A DNA stretch of 64,000 nucleotides from the NCBI GenBank assembly GCA_013265495.1, contig MU061560.1, forward strand, positions 868,001 to 932,000, written 5' to 3'. The notes under the pieces were generated by a model that saw nothing but the letters and a program-made list of their open reading frames with translations, did not search any database and was not told the origin of the DNA. The number at the start of each line of letters is the position of its first letter. Positions within the stretch are counted from its first letter, which is position 1. The position numbers and the translations under genes were made by a program. Shown in pieces: positions 12,140 through 24,104 of this stretch. The stretch comes from Vicugna vicugna. Lineage: Eukaryota.

Positions 12140-13290
12140 ATTTTTTATTTCAGATACTGCATTTTCATCTCAAGAAGTTCTAATTGGTCTTGTTCTTCTA
12201 TTTTTTTCTCATTGTGTTTATGTTTTCCTTTACATTTTGAACATATTTTAACAGGTGTTTTGAAAATCCTTGTCTATTTCTCTATCATCTTTGTTGTTTC
12301 TGTGTCTTGTTTGTGTTGAGTGATTTTCTTCCTGGTTTTGGCTCATCTTCTGTTTCACTTGTCTGGTTGCTGAGTGTTTAAATTTTGTACTCATCCTTTA
12401 AAAGATCTCTGTTACGGCAGTAGTTAATTTCTTGAACTGCTCGATTCTTCTGGGCTTTAAAATTTATTTATTTATTATATTATTTAATTATTTTGTTATG
12501 GTGGAGGGGGTAATTAGGTTTATTTATATTTGGAGGAGGTACCGGGGATTGAACCCTGGACCTTAAGCATGCTAGGCGTGCGCTCTACCACTTGAGCTCT
12601 ACCTTTCCCCCTGGGCTTTTTTTTTCTTTCTGGGATTTATTAGAATGAATCCAGAATTGTCTTTACACTAGGGCTGGGTTACCTTTACTCCTCAGGTGTG
12701 GCCTTTCTAGAGTCTCTCCTGAGTGCCCAGGTGTTCAGTGAGATTTCCCCCTCAGGCAGAATAAAATTTGGATGTCTCTCAGCCTTGTGTAAGCTCTGAT
12801 ACTTGTTTTTTCCTTAGTAGTTATTTTTTACTTAGCTTTATATGTTTCAATCCCAACTTACGTGCAGCTTTGTAATCAGTCAAAGACTCAAGAGTATCTT
12901 ATGCAGATTTCTGGAGTTCTCTTTTTCATGTTTCTTCCTCTCAGGTACTGTTTTCCAAATTCCAGTTAACATTGACCTTTGTCTCAGAACCCTGCTCTCG
13001 GTCTCCACAATCCAGTGACATGTCCATAGTCTGTTTGTGTTCTCCCTTTATATGCCACAATCCAGAATGTGTCTACAGGCAAAAAATCCAGGCAATTGTA
13101 TGGCTAATTTATTTGTTTCCTTTCTCTCAGAATTATGATCTCATGCTGCCTGTTGTCCAATATATAGAATACATATGAAATAAAATATGAAAACAATTGT
13201 TTCAGATATTTAATCTAATATTCTTGGTTTTTTTTTTTTTTTTACAATAAGAGATCTAATCAGGTACCAGTTATTCCATTATGGCAAGAA
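12140..13290 (-). mobile_element. Old L1M 5' UTR/ORF1 region
   Basis: T-rich antisense 'atttcagatactgcattttcatctcaagaagttctaattgg...tatgcagatttctggag...tgctgcctgttgtccaat'; similar to 27625-29680. Confidence 0.7.
12459..12610 (-). mobile_element. Vic-1-like SINE with 9-bp TSD
   Basis: Antisense tRNA-like head; TSD ctgggcttt at 12450-12458 and 12611-12619. Confidence 0.92.
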
Positions 13291-14972
13291 ACCATGATGA
13301 ATTTCTGAATGCACACATCAAGCTACCAGCAAATCAATCAAAAGTCATAGCACCTACTACAAACTTAATTTTGAGAATCAGATTTAGAGCCTAAGTAATT
13401 TTCTTCATAAATCTCTCCTAAAAGTATTAAAATTAAAATCATCATTAAAGTAACCACTACATTATTTATGGATGACACAAGATAATCTTTATACTCATTA
13501 TCTTGATGACATCTGGGTTCCCCATCTAAAAGGAGATATAAAATATTTGGCAGGGTTCAGAGACAAGCCACTCAAATGCGCAAGAGGTTGTAGTGAAGGA
13601 CCTGCTTGGCATATATGAGGATAGGTCAGGAGAACTGAGTTGATTTAACACTTGAAAGAGCAATTTAGGAAAGACACAACAGAGGCTATCATCACTTGTT
13701 TTTGCACTCCACTAAGGATACACATATATTTAAAGAACAGAGGGGGAGATTTACATAACATACAAAGCTCACTGTCCTCCAAAATTTTCCTAAATAGTTT
13801 TAAATTGTTTGGGGTGCTGTGGAATCTTTTTCTGCTTGAGAAATAAACAAACAGCAGGGCATCTTCTTTGTAAGATGATTTAGATGGGAGATGAGCAGTA
13901 AGTTAAATAAACTACTTAGGTTCTTTTCAGGCCTCGGATTCTAATAGCATTAAGGAGACTTCTCTTCTGCTTCCTTCCTGGATTTTATGGAATTGCTTCT
14001 CTTCTTCTTGTTTTTTTTTCTTTTGTAGGAAGATGCTTTTTTCGATATTCTCTTTCCATTTGCCTGGGGTCTTAGTTAAGATAACAAGACAAAAGTTCTT
14101 AGTCTCACTGATTCTTTTTTCTTAACAGGAAGTATTTTTTACAAAAATAAATACCAGTACCTATATTTGCACACAAAATCAAATATTTATGGGGCTCACT
14201 GCAGCAGAATCCAGAACAAACTGTCTCTGTATTTTAATTTGATTCTTACGCAAACTTCCTGCTTAAAGGAAAAATAATGAATTGATGTGAATTTTTAAGA
14301 AATATTGAAACAAGGAAAAGTTCCCAACTACTGCAGAGTAGCAATTTCTTTAACCATTTTTTTTTTTTAACAAGACATCTGCCTGTGAAAACAACCATAT
14401 TAGAAGAGGAGCTTTCTTTCAGTGCCCCCTTTTGAAAAATTTTTATCTCTTTAGATTTTCTTTGTAAGACGTCTAACTTGAAAATCGCATTGGCACAAAA
14501 TGTATTTTTTTCCACAGGAATAGAACTCAGTAGTTGTTTTTCAGCCAGAGGGAACGGTAATGTTCCTGACAATTGTTCTAAGGGAAGGATCCAGTTCAAA
14601 TCCTCAGAGGATATAAAAAGTGGTAATGGATTTACCAAGAAAACGCTTTTAGCCAGGACAAAAGACAGACAGAGCCCCTGGCTTACCACCGTCTTTTTTC
14701 TGGTTAATATTTGTTTCACAGTGTTATTTGTTTTATGCACATGCTTACATAATAGAATATGAATAGATTGTGAAACCTCATGTCCCCTCCAATATCTCCC
14801 TAATTATTACAGAAACATAACCCTCCTATTTAATTCAAATAGTCCAATGATTTAAAAAAATTTGAAAGTGGGTCAGATAACAGGTGGAATGGATTAGTTA
14901 ATTGTTACTTAGCAAGTCGTCTGTAAAAATTGAGCCTGAGGGGCTAACATGTATTCTTAAGGCACGCTTATT

Positions 14973-15022
14973 TGGGGCGGAGTCCTGACTTAAAAAGTAC
15001 CCCCTGTAGTGCTGATTTATGA
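14973..15022 (+). promoter_or_regulatory. Candidate core promoter: GC box, TATA-like element and PBX-HOX-like site
   Basis: GGGGCGGAGT (about 14974-14983), TTAAAAAG (about 14989-14997), TGATTTATGA (about 15013-15022) in unique DNA; motif evidence only. Confidence 0.3.
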
Positions 15023-15629
15023 GCCCTCAGAGGTTAGGAGGAAGCATGACAGAGCCTGGGCAGGACTAGTGGAAGGGAGGGAGGGGACACTGATTGTCTG
15101 GACGGATTTGATGATTCTAACATCTGACTTGACAGTGGTAACAAACACCTTACAATTTTACCACTTTGTTCCTCTCTCTCGTATGGCTTATCTTGGTGCC
15201 TTTTTATCTTGTATGGATTTACTTGTAAAGAAAATATTCCCCAACTGAAGGAATGATGATGATGATGATGATGATTTTGAGAATACACAGTATACTTGGC
15301 AGAGTCTATTCTGCTACTACCACTAAAAGAAACCCGAATGACCACTGGCTGTGGTACTTAGAAAGATCTGGAAGTATACGCCAGAGTTTAGGGTGTTGGC
15401 GCACGTGAATTTCTAAGGGACTAGTACTGAAAACAAACTCAGCTAGTTTTGGCTGAAGCAGTCTTTCCAAATTATGGTTAGTTGACAATCCTAAGTGAAG
15501 TCCTTAGGATCAGGACCTGGACAAGGCACATTTAGGTTAAGTGCTCTGATGGCAGCTCAGATATAACACTCTGTTTGAAAGGCTGTTGTAGAATTTATTC
15601 TATGCGGTCCTGTATTAAAGTTATGTAAG

Positions 15630-15750
15630 GGCTAGACTGTGAGCTGCTGGGAAGCAGGGATGGTCCTTTATCAATTATTGTGTACATGTAATGTTTACTC
15701 CTGTGCTTTGTTACTGGAGGAGGCTCAGTCAATGTTTTCTAAATTGAACT
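15630..15750 (+). mobile_element. L2 3' end
   Basis: 'ctagactgtgagctgctgggaagcagggatggtc...ggaggctcagtcaatgtt..aaattgaact'. Confidence 0.7.
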
Positions 15751-16859
15751 GACTATATTCTGACCCTTAGCTCCAAATAACTTCCGTAGAATACATAATA
15801 ATGGTATTTTGTGCATCCTGTTTCAATAGAATTCACATCTAACAGCAAAGGGTTTCACGTGGGATATACAGAAAAAAGATACTGGTTGAATCTTTCCCAA
15901 AGATACAGCAAGTGAGACTGAGAGAAACTTCTCTTTAAAAGGCAAAACAAAACAAAATGAAACAAAACAAAGAACTCTCTTCTTTCTCCCTGTGAACATA
16001 AAAATGTAATTCTCTGGTGAATGAAGAAAAAGGTTTGGTTTCATTACTTCTCATTATTCCTTTTAATATAAAGGAAGGCAGTGAATAATCTTTGTAAGTT
16101 GTATTTTGAAACTCTAAAAAAAGATTTTTAAAAAACATTTTTTTTTAAAAGTCTCTCTTCCTCCAGCGTTCTCCCTAATTTATCTCATTAACTTTTCAAA
16201 AAAGGAGACAAAGAGTCATTCCAGTCATCTCAAAACCAAAACATATTCTAGCTTTATAATAGCTTTTTGGAGAGCAAAGAAAGGAAGTAAAATAATTAAA
16301 ATAATTGGGAATGCTGTTTACATTTTGAATGAAAATAACAGTCAATATTTCATGAATAATACAGTATATCCTACAAAATCATATTTCAGGTCTTCAGACA
16401 ACTCTCCAATACATAGAGATAAAAGCATATGTCATAGAAGAAACTATGCTCAAATGTAAATTTGACGAGGTGATCTTTATCTCCTTCTATATTGATATCT
16501 AGAAATATATAACAAAATTCTTTTTCATTTTTGATGGAGGAGAATTGTGTTAATTTACTTGTTTGTTTCAATCTATTTATCTGTGCATTCTTTGTTTAGG
16601 GTCTTAGGTAATAACTATTATGTATTTTTAAGTTCTCCTTAATTGAGAGAGAGCTTGTATTACTTTTTTCCTTCATTCTCCTAATAAAATTAAATCTACA
16701 CTGTAGGGTACATAGAAGTATATTGTAATGTTGTACACATGAAAGTATATAATGTTATAAATCAATGTTATCTCAAAGATAAATTAAAACAAAACAAAAA
16801 ATAAATAAAACAAATGTATTTGTTTATAAATAAATAAAATTACACAAATAAATTGCACA

Positions 16860-17040
16860 GAGGTCTGCACTTACTAGCTCTGTGTCTTGGGCAGGATCTT
16901 TGACTTCTTTGAGCTTCAGTTTCATCATCTGTAACGTAAAGCTAATATTTACTTTGTAGTATAGTTATATGAATTAAATAATACATTAGAAAGCCTCATC
17001 TTAGAAACCAGGAACAGAATGATGCTTAATAAATGTTACA
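16860..17040 (+). mobile_element. MIR
   Basis: 'cacttactagctctgtgtcttgggcagg...gagcttcagtttcatcatctgtaa...gcttaataaatgtta'. Confidence 0.85.
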
Positions 17041-17161
17041 GTCCTTCAAATTTTACATTTTACTTATTTAAACATTTTTGTTATTTTTCTGACATAGTTT
17101 GGCTTAACCAGTTGAAAAACATACAGCAAATTGAGTGTGGTCTATTTTTTCCTCTTCAAAG

Positions 17162-17251
17162 TATGTCTTCGATTAGAGAGGAATCATTTGAAGCAGCCGT
17201 TCAATAACATTCCAGGGCATGGCATGTTTCCTCAAGAGATACGAAGCTCCG
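17162..17251 (+). other. Exon-like 90-nt segment (unassigned)
   Basis: Pyrimidine tract 'tctattttttcctcttcaaag|', donor 'CCG|gtgaga'; one open frame (phase 1-1); local CpG retention. Confidence 0.3.
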
Positions 17252-17769
17252 GTGAGAATCTGAGTAGAACAGAGAAAATGGAAGTCGGTCTGCAAAGTTT
17301 GTTCTCAGTTACCTCTCACGTAATACTGTTCCTCAGTTCCCTTTTCCCCACATCTCCTTTTTTCCTTCTTAAATTCTTACATTAAGAAAAGGCATGTGTC
17401 TTCAATATGGGAGTTTTCATGAAAATTAACAGAAAGGAACTGAAGTTACAATGTTAGGATAAAGATGGAAATTATTTTCCTGAGATTGGTGGATATGTGA
17501 AACATCAAACCAACTTTTCAATATTAAGGCTAATATTAGAAAAGAGAGAGCATGGAAAAAGAAATCCTCAAATATTCTACCTTTGTAGTTAGGCATCTTC
17601 ATCATATTCTTTACCAGTAATTTTCTCCAGAATTGGTGGCTAAGTCTCTCTCTTTTTAAACCTCTCAACAGAATGGCTGTGGTGGCAATTAGGAGAGATG
17701 GACGGGTCTGGCTACCACTTTATCCTCTTCTGATAGCTGCAATATCTGCTGACTTACTCTACAGCAGAA

Positions 17770-18025
17770 ATAATAATACTGATATAAAATACACATACAG
17801 TACTATGTACAAGACACTGTTCAAAGTGCTTGCCTTGTATTAACTCATTTAATCTTCAAAACCACCTTATGCTGTAGGTACGACAATTATCCTTTCCACT
17901 TTACAAATGAATACACTATGTGACAACAAGGTTAATTTACTCACCCAAGCTCAGTGTGATAGTGACAAAGCCTGGATTGGAGTGGAGGCTCTTGGCTTCA
18001 GAATCTTGCCTCTTGCCTCTTAATC
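17770..18025 (-). mobile_element. MIR
   Basis: 'tactatgtacaagacactgttcaaagtgctt...aactcatttaatcttcaaaaccaccttatg...tttacaaatga'. Confidence 0.85.
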
Positions 18026-18250
18026 AACACCTTATTTTGCTTCAGACTGATTGGCAAATTCGAAAAGAGGAGAAAAGGACATGCAATGCACAGCAACTGC
18101 GGGGAGCACGCTGGCCTCTGGCAGACTTTGGATACGGCAGCTCTAAGGTAGACTGAGTGGCGATTCCAACACTGGAGGGGCGAGAGACATTTTCTCTGTT
18201 AGGGGGAGAAGAGTTCTGGATAAGATGCAGGTTTCCTTTGATGCATGCAT

Positions 18251-18389
18251 TTTAGTTTTTTAAACAATTTTTTTGATGGAAGGAAGTAATTTTAGGTTTA
18301 TTTATTCATTTTAATGGAGGTACTGGGAATTGAATCCAGGACCTTGTGCATGCTAGGTATGCCCTCTACTGCGGAGCTATACCTTCCGC
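18251..18389 (-). mobile_element. Vic-1-like SINE
   Basis: 'ggaggtactgggaattgaatccaggaccttgtgcatgctagg...gagctatacc'. Confidence 0.88.
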
Positions 18390-18810
18390 TAACATGCAGG
18401 TTTTGTAATCATGTGACCTTGAAGAAACAGTTAACCTTTGTCTTTCTTATTCCTTTATTTTTCTGATTTAAGTGCCTGTTAGGGTTGTTTGTTTATGTCA
18501 AATATGAAAATGCTTTCCAAGACAGCACCCACTTGCAAATTGGGAAATTGGTTTAATATCAAAAAAGCCCAACAATGATGGTTTTGCTTTTGTAGTTCAA
18601 GTCCAGTTCATTAATTTCCTTGTTTGAAAAAGGCAGAAAATAAAGATATCTAATCCATAGGGTTAATAATAATAGATAGATACTTCTAGGCACTTTACCC
18701 CTTTACCTTTCTGTAATTAAAACTTATTTTATTTCAGTATTAACATTATAATTTATATCAGGTGTACACATTGAAAAAGTAGCTTCTACTTTTTCACCCT
18801 TAAATCATCC

Positions 18811-19340
18811 TGTTGCCGAGTCCAAACCTGTTCTGCTTGCCGCACGACGGGCCAATAAATCGGGAGATGAGGTGCTGGGGCAAGGAACAGTGACTTTATT
18901 CAGAAAGCTGACAGACCAAGAGGATGGCAAACTAATGTCTTGGAGAACCATCTTACTCAAGTCAGAATTCAGGCTCCTTTTATACCAAAAAGGGGAAGAG
19001 TTGTGGCTGGTTGTTGCAAACTTCTTGGGGCAGAAATTCTTTGTTCTTGGAATCCTTTGTTCTTGCAGCTGCCCATGTAGGTCAGATCCTGGTGTCCCTG
19101 TAAAACCTCTAACAAAACAAATGTTATTTTCTATTCTGCAACCTGTTGCCTTTATATAAGTGCAGAAGTGTTAATATCCTTAAAGGTCAGAGCCTTGAGA
19201 ATAGGCCCTTCTGTCTATTTCAGGCTAAAGGCAACATTGTTTCATAAAAGGTGAAGAGACTGAGCCTAGGAAACAGGGCACAGGGTTAAAGTCAAAGAAA
19301 CAGGACTAATATGGGGTCAGATGTGTTCTTTTCTGTTACA
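18811..19340 (-). mobile_element. Complete ERV1 solo LTR, about 530 bp (MER41-related)
   Basis: Minus strand starts TGTAACAG and ends GGCAACA; TATA 'gtataaaagg' and AATAAA in the expected order; interrupts an L2; degenerate TSD atcc/aacc. Confidence 0.85.
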
Positions 19341-19344
19341 AAAC

Positions 19345-19700
19345 CTTAACCAGTTCATGTCTGGGTTCCTTTCCCAGGAGATACTATTGCTGTTCTCATC
19401 AAAGTCACCAGTGTTCTCCTAATTGTCAGATTCTACAGGTATACTTCAGAACCGAACCAACCATTTTACCCTCTGGCAGCAGAATTAAAACTCTCTCTCA
19501 AGGCTATTGTGATTGGTTATCTCTCTGATCTGGGTTTCCCTCTTTGTTGGGTCATTGTTTATTTATATATCTCATTCCTCTCACAAAATTCTGAGCTCCA
19601 TGAATATGAGTTATTACATTTTACTCATTTTTGTAATCTTTGCTTAATTCCTGGAACACAGTGGGCACTTGCCAAATAGGGACAGATGAGTAGTGAGTGG
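19345..19700 (+). mobile_element. L2 fragments including the 3' end
   Basis: 'ctgttctcatcaaagtcaccagtg', 'tctgagctccatgaa...cctggaacacagtgggcactt'. Confidence 0.65.
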
Positions 19701-20135
19701 TGTGAGGTAAATCATGTGTCTACTTCTTATTCATAATCCATTAGTCATATAAGCATGCCTAAATGGCCCCAGGAAGGCATAGATTGCCTGCTGTAATCAG
19801 GGTTTTTTTTTTTTTTGGATGAAGCTGAAGTATACAGAACTGAAGCCAAGGGGGGAACAGAGAGAATTCAGTCCATAATCAGTTTGAATCAGTTGAATCT
19901 TGTGTTAAGCTAAAATTATGCTCAACTAAGAAATCACAAATGCCTCCCTCCATGTCTCTCACATCCTTTCTTTGTATTGATTTATGAATGTAGCTTACAG
20001 AGAGCTGTTGCTAGGGGACAGATTTTCTCAGGTTCCCAATGAAGATATATTCACAAAGAAGCCATGGAATTTGCAAGAACAACCAACAAAAACATTGCAT
20101 GGAGCCCTGTTTCATTATCAAAAACAGAATATCAT

Positions 20136-20269
20136 CAGAGGGGAAGAGTATAGCTCAGTGGTAGGGCACAGGCCTAGCATGCACAAAGTCCTGGGGTCAA
20201 TCGCCAGTGCCTGCATTAAGTAAATAAATAAATCTAATTACCTCCCCCTCCAAAAACTAAAAAAAATTA
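20136..20269 (+). mobile_element. Vic-1-like SINE with 16-bp TSD
   Basis: 'gggaagagtatagctcagtggtagggcac..'; TSD aaaaacagaatat(c/t)at at 20120-20135 and 20270-20285. Confidence 0.92.
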
Positions 20270-20419
20270 AAAAACAGAATATTATGAAAAATGAGAAGAT
20301 TTGTTTTAATCATGCATTCTTTTCACTCAAGAAGTGAGTGGACTGAAAACTGGCTTGAATTTAGGGCACAGGACAGTTAGGAGCATCCTTGACATTTCTG
20401 CAATTATTTCAAAATTATC

Positions 20420-20940
20420 CATTCATTCAGATAAACGGTTACTGGGGTCTGTTCTGAACAGGGAGGGAGTGGACAGTATTTAATTAGTAAAGACCCGTCC
20501 CAATTCAGTTTACAGTCTGGTGGCAGAGACTGACACAGTTTTTGTAGGTCAACATCAAGCAAATAATGGAAATTTCATTAGGTTCAATCTAATGCTACTA
20601 ATACTGTGTGGTCTGCACAGTGACAGAGACATCTGAGGGCACTGAGTGAAAAATAGCTTGAAAGAGGCAGGTAGTAATTAAAGAATGTAACTTGGAGATG
20701 TCTGAGCTGAGGTTTGGACAATATGCATAAATAAGATTATAAAAACAGTGGAGAAGGGAGATACCAGTGTTCCAGACAGAAGAGAAAGAATGAACAGAGA
20801 CACTAAAGCAAGAGACAACAGAATATGTGTAGGACACAGCACATTGTTGAATGTTGCTGAGGCACGGAGTGACAAAAGAAGAATCTGCGAAGATTAAGCA
20901 GGAGTCAGGCCAAGGAAGAGCTTGCAGGCCATGGTGAATG
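20420..20940 (-). mobile_element. L2
   Basis: Starts 'cattcattcagataaac..ttactg'; continues 'tttacagtctggtggcagagac', 'gatgtctgagctgaggtttg', 'gcttgcaggccatggtga'. Confidence 0.75.
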
Positions 20941-22306
20941 TTGTCATCACTGCTGTACTCCCACCTGGCATCATTCTCATCTTCTTGGGCTTCAACTCCC
21001 ATTTCTCTTTTTTTCCTCTTTAATATCCTGAACACATTTCCTTGTCCTTAAAACAATGATTAGATAAAAATACACTGAAATGAAAGCAAAGGAGCTTTAC
21101 ATTTTGGTCCTAGAGAACAATCACAATCTCTTGATAACAATCTCAATTTTTTCCACTTGTGAGAATAAAATTTTTAATGATATTTTGAGGATAAGTGTTC
21201 CATGTGAATAAGATAAATAATAGTATTTTCATGGATTTCCTATAAACTGAAACAAGAAATCCAAATTAAGAATTACTTATGCATATAGCTTTCCTAATTA
21301 CCTATATCCTTACTCTCAATTATTTTTATAATTTCCTATAGACAAGGGTTCCTCCAGAGAAAGTCCTAAATAAGATGGAATTGTTGAGTACTTCTATTAA
21401 TAAATTAACACAATATATGAGTATATAGTATATATACAGATACGAGCTTATGTTTAGAAATGTATATATGCATGTATGCACATATACAAACAATAATGGA
21501 AATATAAGAGTGAACATTTAGGGGTTTCATCAAATATTTGAGAATTTTAAAAGTCTTTAAAAAATCTGGAAGCTGTCTCATAAATACAATACAAATTAAA
21601 GAGTCACTGTTCTGCAATAAAACCCTATGACTCTAATCTTCTCATTGACTGAGTAATACTCATCTTTGTACCTTCAGCACCCATTGCAGTGTTTCACTTA
21701 CGTTAGAAACTCAAAAAATATTTGTTGTATTTAGGGATAAGAGACCTTTAATCTTATTTCTCCTTATCCTTGGTTTGTCTTTTTTTCTGATTGCACATTT
21801 TGCATTATATTTGACCCTTATATTCTTTAGATGATTGTGTATCCCATTAAGTAGCTGAGCTAACGTGGAAAAGTCTTGAGAGATTTATTATCATGAATTC
21901 ACTCTAAGGCCAATATAGCTGTAACTGGAGAAGCTTAGAAAATCTTTTGAAATAACAAGGATGAGCCTCACAGATCCATTATCTGAAATCAATCTAGCAG
22001 CCTAGAAATTTTCCAGCCTTAAGACTTTACCAAAAATTTATGTCTCTACTGAAGTTCATCTCACAATTATGGTGGCCAGTACCATCTACCACATTGTGAT
22101 GTTTGTTTATTTCAGGGGATGACACACTGGATATGCAATCAGTGCGATGCCTGCCCTTGAGCTTTTTAGAATGGCTGCAGCTCCTAAAAAGGATGTTTGA
22201 TATAAAAGTACTCAGGATACACTGTAGAAACCAAGACTTATTTCCACATATAACTAATTATGTAATTTTTATCTTTCATCTAAATAATCAGACAGGAGTT
22301 ACTCTG

Positions 22307-22357
22307 CTTGTAAATAAAGTTAACTCTTGTAAATAAAATTAACTTCTTGTAAATAAA
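22307..22357. repeat. Three-copy 19-20 bp tandem repeat (core cttgtaaataaa)
   Basis: Cores at 22307, 22326 and 22346. Confidence 0.85.
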
Positions 22358-22455
22358 GCTCTGGGTTATGTCTTGCTCACTGCTGTATCTCCCCAGGTCT
22401 AGATAATCTCCAGGGACATAGTAAGCACTCAATAAATATTTGGTGAATGAATCAA
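22358..22455 (+). mobile_element. L2 3' end
   Basis: 'gctcactgctgtatctcccc...acatagtaagcactcaataaatatttggtgaatgaat'. Confidence 0.85.
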
Positions 22456-22691
22456 CAAGTGAGAAACAAATACAGATTTTAGAATCATCCAGGTCTGGTG
22501 AAAAGACGAGACAAAGCTGAGCATTGTGCAAATGGAGGGAAAGTATTTTTTAGTGATAAATATTTAAAGGTGAGCATTCTGTAGATTTTGCTAAAAGCAG
22601 AGGAAAGATGCTCTTATCCCTGATTTGCTTAAATTTGCAGCTTCAAACACTGATGGCTAAAGATGTAGAAACACAGTCTGAAATTTTCCTC

Positions 22692-22885
22692 TTTTTAAAA
22701 AATTTAAGTATACTTGATTTACAATATTATATTAGTTTCAGGTGAACAACGTAGGATTCAATATTTTTATAGGTTATACCACATTTAAAGTTATTACAAA
22801 ATAATGGCTATATTATCCTGTGCTGTACAATATATCCTTCTTGCTTATTTATTTTATACATAGTGGTTTGTATGTCTTAATCCCC
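22692..22885 (-). mobile_element. L1 3' tip
   Basis: 'aagtatacttgatttacaatattatattagtttcagg...cctgtgctgtacaatatatcc'. Confidence 0.85.
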
Positions 22886-23718
22886 TTAAAAGCCTGAACT
22901 TTGGGTGGTGGTTGTTAGAAATATCCTGATTTGTCTGCAATAAGTATTAAAAGTCCTTATGCAATCAAGTGCCCATTCCAATCTGGCATGGGACCTAAAC
23001 GGGAAGCAACATGAAAATCCAGAATCCATGTGAAGAAAGGATAGAAATAGGGTAGAATGAGGCACATTTTCCTTCATTCTATCTGATGAAGTTTTTGATT
23101 CCTTGGTGAGAAAGATTTAAAAATGAATAGCAGAATCCTATTATGTACAACTAAGGATCATTGTATGTATATTTATGCACAAATTCTCAGTTTACTAAGA
23201 TGTGTATTGTTCATAATGTAATTTCCAATATTGTTAATTATACTTTCATTGTCTTTGTAATTTATAGGAATATAAGAAATTGAATTTAGCCATTATTTTA
23301 GAAAGATAGTCTCCATATAATTGTTTCAATCTTGTGTCCAGAATAAAGGGATGGAACACGTGGTGCCTCTAGCTGTGTGGTGCCCTAATGATGTTTATTT
23401 CTGTCTCTGGGTGTGAGTTGTTCCATACAGAGAGCTCATGGGCTTGCCCTGGACCCATTAATATTTTAACAGACTAACATTACTTAGCCTGTGTCAGAAT
23501 TTGCCAGATGACAGGCTAGGTGTAGGGGGCTTGGAAAGTGATCATGCTACTATTTTAAGTTAACATTTACATTAACCCCTATGCTGAGACTTTTACATGT
23601 GTTATATGAACCATCTCATTTAGTTCTTTTAAAAACCTTGCAATACTACTACTAATAATGGAAAGGCTGCTGAGAAAGAGGGAGCGAGCATTTGGAAGTA
23701 TGGCCTTCAGTCTGAGTG

Positions 23719-23783
23719 TGACTGAGTTGATACCAGTGTGGTTTCCAGTTATGACCGAGTTGATACCACTGTGGTTTCCAGTT
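23719..23783. repeat. Tandem duplication with a 33-bp period
   Basis: tgactgagttgataccagtgtggtttccagtt-a-tgaccgagttgataccactgtggtttccagtt (30/32 identical). Confidence 0.9.
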
Positions 23784-24104
23784 CACGATGGATCAGTCCT
23801 CACACAGTTTTTCTTTCTCTGCGACGTTGTAGCTGCTTTAGGTAAACAAGAAGCAGAAAGGAAGTTTGAAATTCTGTTACATCCCTTGTCACACTCTCCA
23901 TCATTCACAGCTGTCCAAGTAAATGCCCATCTAGCCTCAGTATAGTGTGTGAAAAATCTGTTATTGGATGAACTTTAGAAGTGGTTTAATGGATTAAGTT
24001 TTCCTGTCTTTCAACATCCAGAGCTGCAGGACATCCTACTTATTCCTGTCATTGGATCTAGTTTTAAACCAGTTAGTTATGAGAACACTTCCCAGTGGAC
24101 ATCT

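Noticed and set aside
14246..14740. Longest non-repeat ORF (164 aa, minus) with an overlapping 94-aa plus ORF
   Set aside because: GTG start, homopolymer-derived Lys/Phe/Leu runs, no recognisable domain and no clear splice boundaries; consistent with chance.
15034..15345. ORF with a poly-His tract
   Set aside because: The His run comes from a short (ATG/CAT)n microsatellite at about 15253-15275.
20598..21035. 145-aa minus-strand ORF
   Set aside because: Lies within a decayed L2; no recognisable protein.
23719..23783. About 32-bp direct repeats (also 34208-34301) superficially CRISPR-like
   Set aside because: Only two copies, no spacer array, no cas genes, and a mammalian context.
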